Position numbers and translations under genes: made by a program
From: Candidatus Omnitrophota bacterium
Lineage (GTDB): Bacteria > Omnitrophota > Gorgyraeia > Gygaellales > Profunditerraquicolaceae
Reading direction: 5' to 3'
DNA: 64,000 nt
Assembly: GCA_026416665.1 (NCBI GenBank)
Contig: JAOAET010000051.1
Span: forward strand, 75,800-139,799
Part shown: positions 10,649 through 17,684 of the stretch, one piece after another
Position numbering within the stretch: the first letter of the stretch is position 1
Layout of the letters: the number at the start of each line of letters is the position of its first letter
The notes under the pieces: model-generated
Databases searched by the model: none
What the model was told of the DNA's origin: nothing
Seen by the model: the letters and a program-made list of their open reading frames with translations, nothing else

Positions 10649-11125
10649 TCAATTAATCTTGATTGTTTTAGTTGAAGGATAAGAACTCTTTTGTTTAGGG
10701 AGGTTTAACTCTAAAACCCCATTTTTATATGTGGCTTTTGCTTTTTTAACATCAACTTCCGAAGGAAGAGTTACTGTCCGTATAAAACTTCCATAAAATC
10801 TTTCTTGTCTAAGACAAGATTTTTCTTTAGCGCTTTTTGAATATTTCTTTTCTCCTTCAATAGTCAAAACTCTTCCTTCAAGTTTTAATTTTATATCTTT
10901 CTTATCCAAACCTGGCAAATCTGCTTTTACTACAATGTTATCTTTTGATTCGTGAATATCTAACTCTGGGGTCCAGAAAGCAAACTCCTTCTTAGAGCTA
11001 CGTTTCTCTAAATATTTTTCAAAGGTAGAATCAAATAATGTATTTAAATTCTTTTGGAGTTTTTCTATTTCACTAAAAGGATCCCATATTTTTGGTGAAT
11101 GGGGTTGCCATGGAATTAACTGCAT
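10649..11125 (-). CDS. Hsp20/alpha-crystallin family small heat-shock protein
   Basis: ACD-domain pattern (WTPELDIHESKDNIVVKADLPGL...ERFYGSFIRTVTLP...YKNGVLELNLPK). SD AAGGAGG precedes ATG at 11125. Confidence 0.85.
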   Translation of the reverse strand: MQLIPWQPHSPKIWDPFSEIEKLQKNLNTLFDSTFEKYLEKRSSKKEFAFWTPELDIHESKDNIVVKADLPGLDKKDIKLKLEGRVLTIEGEKKYSKSAKEKSCLRQERFYGSFIRTVTLPSEVDVKKAKATYKNGVLELNLPKQKSSYPSTKTIKIN

Positions 11126-11140
11126 GGAACACCTCCTTGA

Positions 11141-11170
11141 CTGTAGCGGCACACAATTGTGCCGCTACAG
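11141..11170 (-). promoter_or_regulatory. Perfect 13-bp inverted repeat / stem-loop (CTGTAGCGGCACA-CAAT-TGTGCCGCTACAG) between two sHSP genes
   Basis: Seen directly. It abuts the SD of the downstream sHSP gene and has no U-tract after it. Confidence 0.5.
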
Positions 11171-11197
11171 CATAAAGAAAATATCCGAAGTTCTCTA

Positions 11198-11566
11198 TTA
11201 ACTTTTTATTTCAATTTTTTTAGGAATACTTGAAGCTACTTTCTGTAAAGTAACCTTCAGTATCCCATTTTCATATTGGGCTTCTATTTTTTCTTTATCA
11301 ATCATATTACCCAAGATAAATTTGCGCATATACTCGTAGGGGCAGCGCTCACGATGAATAACCGTGTAACCTTTGGGAGGTTCACAACTTTTAGGTTTCC
11401 CTTTGATAATTAACTCATCATCCTGCAACTCAATGGAAATATCTTCTTTATTAAGTCCCACCATTTCTGCCTCTAAAATCACCTCTTTATCAGTCTGACG
11501 CACATTAACTAGAGGCTGGACAATTCTTTCACTTACCTGTTCATCTTTGTGTTTTAAGGCAGACAT
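11198..11566 (-). CDS. Hsp20-like (alpha-crystallin domain) small heat-shock protein, divergent member
   Basis: Short ACD-like architecture (TDKEVILEAEMVGLNKEDISIEL...YENGILKVTLQK). Confidence 0.65.
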   Translation of the reverse strand: MSALKHKDEQVSERIVQPLVNVRQTDKEVILEAEMVGLNKEDISIELQDDELIIKGKPKSCEPPKGYTVIHRERCPYEYMRKFILGNMIDKEKIEAQYENGILKVTLQKVASSIPKKIEIKS

Positions 11567-11610
11567 TATCTATCACCTCCTTTATATAGGAAGTTTTCGG
11601 ATAATAAGGA

Positions 11611-12081
11611 TTACTTTATTTCTAATTTTATTTGTTTAGGTTTTGCCTTTTCACTCTTAGGCAAAACAACCTCAAGAACGCCATTTTTGTAAGTAGCTTC
11701 TACCTTATCCGCCTGAACTTCTACAGGAAGGCGAATTGCCCTTTGAAAAGCACCATAGAATCTCTCAGTGCGGATATAGTCTTTTTCTTTTATATCTTTA
11801 TCCTGTTTTTTCTCTCCCTTAATAAACAGAGTATCACCTTGAACAGTCACCTCAATATCATCCTTGGTAAGTCCAGGTATATCGGCTTTTACCAGAAGAT
11901 TATCCTTAGAATCGTAGATATCTATTGCAGGGATCCAGGCACCATCCAGAAGTCCGACATGACGGCTGGTTTCCTGTGCAAGTGTTAGATTAAACAAACG
12001 ATTCATCTCTCTTTGGATCCTTTCTAAATCAGCAAAAGGATCCCACCAATCTTGTCTCGGTCTCCAGGTAATCAGCGCCAT
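11611..12081 (-). CDS. Hsp20/alpha-crystallin family small heat-shock protein
   Basis: WIPAIDIYDSKDNLLVKADIPGL...ERFYGAFQRAIRLP...YKNGVLEVVLPK. SD GGAGGG precedes the ATG. Confidence 0.85.
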   Translation of the reverse strand: MALITWRPRQDWWDPFADLERIQREMNRLFNLTLAQETSRHVGLLDGAWIPAIDIYDSKDNLLVKADIPGLTKDDIEVTVQGDTLFIKGEKKQDKDIKEKDYIRTERFYGAFQRAIRLPVEVQADKVEATYKNGVLEVVLPKSEKAKPKQIKLEIK

Positions 12082-12102
12082 AATCCATCCCTCCTTTCTT
12101 TT

Positions 12103-12129
12103 TTAGCACTCGTTCCACACAAGTGCTAA
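12103..12129 (-). promoter_or_regulatory. CIRCE operator (HrcA-type heat-shock element)
   Basis: TTAGCACTC-N9-AAGTGCTAA matches consensus TTAGCACTC-N9-GAGTGCTAA with one mismatch. Lies 22 bp upstream of the first sHSP start. Confidence 0.8.
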
Positions 12130-12147
12130 TAATTGGTTAAAAATTTT

Positions 12148-12438
12148 TTAAGTACTCTTGTATATCTTTTCCTCCATCTCTAGAACGTATTTAAGCCCAC
12201 TTAACTTAATCTTCTTTTCCTTCATAATATACCAGATGTGGCTGAGTTTGTTAAGTTCATTATGTGAATAAAGCCTTGCCTTACCTTTTTTGCGTGGTGG
12301 AGAAATTATAGACGCCTTATCAAGCTGCTTAAGCACCCATACTGGGATACCCAACAGCCTACTTACCACGCCACTAGTGTAGACGGGTTCATTATCATTA
12401 ATCTGAACCTTATCTCCATAATGGACTGCTTTTTTCAT
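12148..12438 (-). CDS. MerR-family HTH transcriptional regulator, HspR-like
   Basis: N-terminal HTH (YTSGVVSRLLGIPVWVLKQLDKASIISPPRKKGKARLYSHNEL) of MerR/HspR type. Located directly upstream of the heat-shock cluster. Confidence 0.6.
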   Translation of the reverse strand: MKKAVHYGDKVQINDNEPVYTSGVVSRLLGIPVWVLKQLDKASIISPPRKKGKARLYSHNELNKLSHIWYIMKEKKIKLSGLKYVLEMEEKIYKST

Positions 12439-12447
12439 TCCACTTTT

Positions 12448-12476
12448 TTTATATCACGATTTTCGAAATTTGTCAA
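12448..12476 (-). promoter_or_regulatory. Sigma70-like promoter for the HspR-like gene (-35 TTGACA, 17-bp spacer, -10 TATAAA) with a TTTCGAAA palindrome in the spacer
   Basis: Read on the minus strand: TTGACA-aatttcgaaaatcgtga-TATAAA. The -10 ends ~10 nt before the ATG, implying a leaderless or very short-leader mRNA. Confidence 0.45.
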
Positions 12477-12762
12477 GTATTTTTTTAAAAATTTTTTTCT
12501 ATTTTCGAAATATTTTTTTCGATTTTGGCACTATCTATTGCTCCAAAAACTTTTAAATTTTAAATTAATTTTAATTGCACTTATCTATTATCTATCTTTA
12601 TTGATTCTCAAAAAAACACTTCTTCAAAGATAATCAAACCTTTCTATAATTTGATATCAAAATAAGAGCTGGCTATGTTTCTAAACTTAGAAGCAAAGTT
12701 ATCTATTTTTTATCAATATTTAGTAAAAGGTGTCTTAAATCTTTTATTTATTTTTATTGTAG

Positions 12763-12771
12763 TGGTATAAT
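12763..12771 (+). promoter_or_regulatory. Extended -10 promoter element (TGGTATAAT) for the plus-strand island
   Basis: TGnTATAAT ~40 nt upstream of ATG 12813. SD AAGGAAG precedes the ATG. Confidence 0.4.
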
Positions 12772-12812
12772 AGCACATTGTGAAAAATAAATTATAACAA
12801 AATAAAGGAAGT

Positions 12813-13511
12813 ATGCAAGTGAATTATTTTCGGTATCTATTTGGAATAAATGCCTCAGAGATAAAGAAAACCTGTATAATTGTTCCACTGCTGCCTAAAA
12901 ATTTAGATAGTTGTTTTGAAAAAATATACAACTACAGAGGTTTACTTTACTCAGTAATTAATACACAAAACTGTTCCATTATCCGTACAGGAGTGGGAGC
13001 AGGGCTCTGTGGCGATGCGATTTTATACCTAAAAGAGACACAAGCAAGTAATCTTATTTTATTTGGTTCCTGTGGTTTGGTTCGACCTAAAAATAATTTA
13101 AAGATAGGAAGCCTTGTTGCGCCAGAGAAAAGCTTTAACTTAGAAAGTTTTACCAATCTTTTGAGAAAAAATATTAGCTGGCAAAACTATTACCCTAATA
13201 AGATTCTGTTAAAAAAAATATTTACGGCAATAGAGGGAATATGTAAAGTTACTTCCGCAACCATTGGCTCAATCTATTTAGAATCACAATATCTAGAATT
13301 GTTTAAAAAGAAAAAAGTCGATATTGTGGAGATGGAAGCCTCTGCTTTTTTCAGTGCAGCAAAGAAAATAAAAAGAAAAGCAGCAGCTTTATTTTATATA
13401 ACAGATATAGTGCCAGTAAAACCTTTTTGTCAACCACTAAACACGCAAGAGAAAATAACTTTAAACAAAATAATTACAAATACTTTATTAACACTATGTC
13501 ATCTTTCATAA
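12813..13511 (+). CDS. PNP/UDP-phosphorylase superfamily nucleosidase (MTA/SAH- or 5'-deoxyadenosine-nucleosidase / futalosine-hydrolase-like)
   Basis: GVGAGLCGDAILYL...LILFGSCGLV resembles the MTAN glycine-rich/SAGG region. VDIVEMEASAFFSAA resembles the catalytic ExE[SA]AA motif. Confidence 0.55.
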   Translation: MQVNYFRYLFGINASEIKKTCIIVPLLPKNLDSCFEKIYNYRGLLYSVINTQNCSIIRTGVGAGLCGDAILYLKETQASNLILFGSCGLVRPKNNLKIGSLVAPEKSFNLESFTNLLRKNISWQNYYPNKILLKKIFTAIEGICKVTSATIGSIYLESQYLELFKKKKVDIVEMEASAFFSAAKKIKRKAAALFYITDIVPVKPFCQPLNTQEKITLNKIITNTLLTLCHLS

Positions 13512-14848
13512 CACAATATCAGCATCTTAAACTGATAAGCTCTTTCGTAAAAAAGAAATTTAGACACTTCGGTGTAAACAAAAAACAAGAGATTATCCGG
13601 CTTGTTTATGAAATATGTAAAAGAGAAAACCTAAAACCTCAGACAGTCCTAAAAGATTTACCAGTGGGAGAATTCCACGCTTTAAAAGATTATTTAGTTT
13701 GTCGTCGTTTCCCCATTGCCTATGCACACAATCAAACAAGAACACTACATTTACCTAAATTAAAATTAGATAAAAGTAAAATCTTCGCGGCATCATCTAA
13801 AGATTTTTATCCACGAAAAATTATTGTGGAAAAAAGAGTCCGCGATTCAGTACTTACTAAAAAATTTACTTCTTATTTTCCAGATGCTAAATTAAAAGAA
13901 ATAGACACTTTAAAATCTTTTATAAAAAAATACCGTTGTCTTAAGGCCTTTGACTATAATCACCGAACAGATACTGTAATTATCATACATCAACCAGCGG
14001 ATTTTTTTAAACGCTGTCCCTGTACCAAATATGCGGTGGGATGTAACTATAATATTTTTAATCTCAGCTTTGGCTGCATATTTGAGTGCACATACTGCTT
14101 TCTCCAGGAATACACCAATAGCCCAGGAATACTTTTCCCCGCTAATCTTGATTCATTTTTTGAGGCATTTAAAAATTATGTGGGTAATTTTAAAAGATTA
14201 GGCAGTGGGGAATTCTCCGACTCTCTTATGTTAGATAACGTTACTGAATACTCTCAAGAAATTATTGCCTTTTTTAAAAAATATCCAAGTGTTCTTTTTG
14301 AATTTAAAACTAAAAGCTGCCAAATAAACAATCTTCTGTCTGCGCGTCATAAAGGAAATATTGTTGTTGGCTGGTCATTTAACCCAGAATGCATTATTAA
14401 GGAAAATGAGTTTTATACTGCTAGTCTCCAACAAAGACTCATAGCCGCCCAAAAATGTGTCCAAGCGGATTACAAAATAGCCTGCCATTTTGACCCAATC
14501 ATTTATTTTCAAGATTGGCGAAAAGAATATGAAAACCTTATTGAAAAAATTTTCAATTACTTAAAGCCCAAAGATATCGCTTGGATAAGCTTGGGCACTT
14601 TACGTTTCAATCCTGCATTAAAAACTATAATTGAAACACGTTTTCCCCTTAACAGGATCTTAGATGCTGAATTAGTTTATGGATACGACAGAAAATTACG
14701 CTATCCCGATGTCCTGCGCAGAGATATTTACCAGTATATGATTAGACTACTCAAAAAACACAACAAAAACATACCTGTTTATTTATGTATGGAAAATGTA
14801 AATATGTGGCGGCTAGTTGGATTGTCGTTGCCTCAACAAATTATTTAA
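13496..14848 (+). CDS. Radical-SAM protein of the spore-photoproduct-lyase (SPL/COG1533) family with a novel N-terminal extension
   Basis: CxxxCxxC embedded as GCIFECTYCFLQEY (SPL-type C..C.YC.LQ). Track start 13427 is TTG. ATG at 13496 overlaps the upstream stop by 16 nt, consistent with translational coupling. About 190 aa precede the cluster motif without recognisable homology. Confidence 0.5.
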   Translation: MSSFITQYQHLKLISSFVKKKFRHFGVNKKQEIIRLVYEICKRENLKPQTVLKDLPVGEFHALKDYLVCRRFPIAYAHNQTRTLHLPKLKLDKSKIFAASSKDFYPRKIIVEKRVRDSVLTKKFTSYFPDAKLKEIDTLKSFIKKYRCLKAFDYNHRTDTVIIIHQPADFFKRCPCTKYAVGCNYNIFNLSFGCIFECTYCFLQEYTNSPGILFPANLDSFFEAFKNYVGNFKRLGSGEFSDSLMLDNVTEYSQEIIAFFKKYPSVLFEFKTKSCQINNLLSARHKGNIVVGWSFNPECIIKENEFYTASLQQRLIAAQKCVQADYKIACHFDPIIYFQDWRKEYENLIEKIFNYLKPKDIAWISLGTLRFNPALKTIIETRFPLNRILDAELVYGYDRKLRYPDVLRRDIYQYMIRLLKKHNKNIPVYLCMENVNMWRLVGLSLPQQII

Positions 14849-15007
14849 ATCTATAAAAATAAATCACTCATTAAAATTCACCTATAGTTACCTATCGGTT
14901 TAATAAAAACCTCTTTATTTGGTAACCGTCAACATTAACAGACATAACCTACTTTTTTGTGGAAATTAAAAATAAACTTTACTAATATTATATAAAGCTA
15001 TCATCTA

Positions 15008-17041
15008 TTATTTCTCTGTCTTTTCAATTTCAGAAAGAGGAAGTAAACTGTCTTCAATTTGTCTTTCTAGGTATTTCTCTACAAAACCAGGTATGGAATC
15101 ACGAAGGCGTTGTTTAAAATCCGATTCAAGCCATTGAAAATTGATATTATTGAGTTCTCCTGAAAGTTTAAAATCGAAGGTAAGCATAGAAATTTCCTTG
15201 CCTACTAATCTTAGAAGTGGCTTAAATTTATTTGAATTCTGTAATAAATCTTTATGAATGCTTAAAGAAAGCTTACTAGTAACTAAATTATTATTACCAA
15301 GCCAGAAATCACCTGTTAAAATAATGTTTTTTGACCTTACGTTTAACTTATGTAGCCCAGCACCTTGTGAATTAACCTTGAAAAAGGAATGTGCGCGTTC
15401 AAAATTTACCTGAGTAAGCGGTAATGAAAAAGATGAACTCAACCATTTCAAGAACTCAAAATCTTTAGCATACCCATTACGGATAATAAATGATCCCTTT
15501 ATCGCTTGCTCAGGGACATTTCTAAATTCTAATTGACCAGAGATTTTACCATATACCTTGGCAAAATGGATAACTAAACGTTCCAATTTATTGCTGGAAA
15601 CATCTTTATATCTAATTGTTGTATTAACTTCGGGTATCGCTTTAGTTATATCTATCCAATTACGACCGTAAAGTATTCCATCATATAATCGGCTGTGGAA
15701 GTACGCAATCTTCGCTTTAAGTGGTGCACAGTTAATTTTTATCTTTAACTGTGATAAAGGAAGGAAATATTCGTTAGTTTCGGTGAGTATATTAAATTGA
15801 GCCTCACTAATATCTGCTGTAAGTAAAGGAAAAGCCTGTCCATTTATCTTTACATTATTAAGTTTTATTTTCATATTCTCAAGAGGAGTAGTCTTAACAT
15901 TTTTCTGTAAAAATAAAAATTCAACCAGAATATCTCCCGAAAAAATTTTTTCTCCGTAATGGCCCTGTATAAGTGTTTCTAAACGTTTTACATTTAATTG
16001 TTGTTGAGCGGTATCCTTAAGTCGTCTAAACTGGGCAGACAAATTAACATTGAAATCTATGGCCTTCTCAGAAGAAGATACTATAGAGCCATTAAATTTT
16101 ACAGGATTATTGTTAATAGAAAAACTAAGATTATCTATATCTATTTTAGGAAAATCTTTAATATTAATCACACTATCTATATCTAAGATAAAAAGATCAA
16201 CAACTGGTAATAAGCCACCTTTAGGCGGCGGCGGGAAACCTCTTAGAAAATTTTCAATACGTTCCTTAATACTCAAATATGGCGCAATGTAATTGCCCTC
16301 TTTAAATAAGGTATTAATAAAACAAAACCCTTTTGTTCGAATGATTCCTCTGGTTATATTACCCCATAGTTTTGTATAAAGATTTTCTCGAATGATTTCA
16401 ATATTATCAAAAACAAAATCATTATCACTAAATCTTCCGTAAGCAATAAATTCCCACGGTAAAAAAACTCTCTGCTGAGAATTAATGTAAGAAACCGCCC
16501 CGTAACTATAAAAATTATCATTTTTCAACTTCAGGTAAAAACGTATTTCAAAATTATCCGAAGAGACTTGTTTTAATTGAAATTTTTTTACAATAAACCG
16601 TAAATCTTTTTTGGGTAAATCAAGAAGTAACTCAATGACCTTTTTACCATAAAGTGCCAGGAAATTCCTGAATACTTCTTCTTCAGTATTTACCTCATAA
16701 AAGCATATATCGGTTATTTCAATTTGTCCATAACGGATAAACTTAATTATGGAAAATTTTACCAAAACGAGAGGAACGGAAAAGATAGTTCTATTCACCG
16801 CCTCTTTGTTTTCCACTAAAGAGATGTTTTTAAGAAATATAAAATTAGGGGGTAGGTAAAGGACACGCTCAACAAAGAGCTCTTGGGGTAAATAGGCTCT
16901 ACCAATCGTGCGTAAGGTATCTTTAAGAAAACCAAGTGTAATATTTACTATAATTAACGCGGAAAGTAGAACTAATAAAATAACACCAGTAAAAAATATA
17001 CGTTTTTTTAATTTAGTAGTTGATACGCGCAAAGAGTTCAC
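15008..17041 (-). CDS. Large membrane-anchored hypothetical protein (possibly AsmA-like)
   Basis: 677 aa, single N-terminal TM (IFFTGVILLVLLSALIIVNITLGF), long beta-rich N/K/F/I-rich body, GTG-type start. A/T-rich coding. Confidence 0.45.
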   Translation of the reverse strand: MNSLRVSTTKLKKRIFFTGVILLVLLSALIIVNITLGFLKDTLRTIGRAYLPQELFVERVLYLPPNFIFLKNISLVENKEAVNRTIFSVPLVLVKFSIIKFIRYGQIEITDICFYEVNTEEEVFRNFLALYGKKVIELLLDLPKKDLRFIVKKFQLKQVSSDNFEIRFYLKLKNDNFYSYGAVSYINSQQRVFLPWEFIAYGRFSDNDFVFDNIEIIRENLYTKLWGNITRGIIRTKGFCFINTLFKEGNYIAPYLSIKERIENFLRGFPPPPKGGLLPVVDLFILDIDSVINIKDFPKIDIDNLSFSINNNPVKFNGSIVSSSEKAIDFNVNLSAQFRRLKDTAQQQLNVKRLETLIQGHYGEKIFSGDILVEFLFLQKNVKTTPLENMKIKLNNVKINGQAFPLLTADISEAQFNILTETNEYFLPLSQLKIKINCAPLKAKIAYFHSRLYDGILYGRNWIDITKAIPEVNTTIRYKDVSSNKLERLVIHFAKVYGKISGQLEFRNVPEQAIKGSFIIRNGYAKDFEFLKWLSSSFSLPLTQVNFERAHSFFKVNSQGAGLHKLNVRSKNIILTGDFWLGNNNLVTSKLSLSIHKDLLQNSNKFKPLLRLVGKEISMLTFDFKLSGELNNINFQWLESDFKQRLRDSIPGFVEKYLERQIEDSLLPLSEIEKTEK

Positions 17042-17549
17042 CGTTTATGGAGAATTCAACTTTATCAATGAAGTAGCGAACACAAAGTTTGCGCTTTAAA
17101 GCAGATACATAAGAAATTGTCTTTGATTCTCTAAAAACTAAACTGAGTCGTTGGCAGGATATTATTAGTTGTGTAAGTTTTTCTGTAGTAGATTCATCGC
17201 CCAGATACTGGGCAATTTCCCGTAAATAACATAAAGCAAAAACAGAAGCAACAGAATCGGGGTAACGATCAATAAACTTTAAAAAAGTGGTGGTTGCCTG
17301 TCGATAGTTTCTTTCTATAAAATAATATTCTCCAACTGCAAAAAGAGCCTGTTCACTATACCGCGAAGAAGGAAATTGCTCTAAGAGATTATTAAAATAC
17401 AAAAAAGCAAAATCAAGATTACCACTTTGTACTTGTTGGCTAGCTAAACTGAAGAGCTCGTATTCACTAAGAGAAGGTATCTGTGCCCCTGCAATCAGAG
17501 GACAAATTAAAGTAAAAATAAATATAAAAACATATTGTAATTTTAGCAT
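17013..17549 (-). CDS. Secreted TPR-like protein (YbgF/BamD-like fold)
   Basis: Signal peptide MLKLQYVFIFIFTLICPLIAGAQ. TPR-like helices (FAFLYFNNLLEQFPSSRYSEQALFAVGEYYF, ATTTFLKFIDRYPDS). Track start is TTG at 17588. ATG at 17549 is preceded by SD GAGGAG. Confidence 0.5.
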   Translation of the reverse strand: MLKLQYVFIFIFTLICPLIAGAQIPSLSEYELFSLASQQVQSGNLDFAFLYFNNLLEQFPSSRYSEQALFAVGEYYFIERNYRQATTTFLKFIDRYPDSVASVFALCYLREIAQYLGDESTTEKLTQLIISCQRLSLVFRESKTISYVSALKRKLCVRYFIDKVEFSINGELFARINY

Positions 17550-17684
17550 ATTAATCTTCTCCTCATTTTTTATATTATACCGCCACAAACTGTCCTGGTC
17601 AATTTTTACTTAAATAACAAAACAATTTAGAGATTTTGTATTAGGAAGTCTGAAGAAAGTTTTTTCCTCATATTTATAAAATCT

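Noticed and set aside
11632-11988. 118-aa plus-strand ORF
   Set aside because: Antisense to a bona fide Hsp20 gene. Hydrophobic low-complexity product.
12082-12147. Attempt to place a sigma70 promoter relative to CIRCE
   Set aside because: Several weak TTAAAA/AATTAT-type matches exist but none is convincing. Only CIRCE itself is reported.
12421-12633. 70-aa plus-strand ORF in the divergent intergenic region
   Set aside because: Product is F/L/K low-complexity translated from poly-T-rich promoter DNA. It overlaps the HspR-like start and predicted promoter and has no SD.
14849-15007. Convergent intergenic region checked for a bidirectional terminator
   Set aside because: Only a weak A/T-rich GGTTT...AAACC 5-bp stem was found, too unstable to call.
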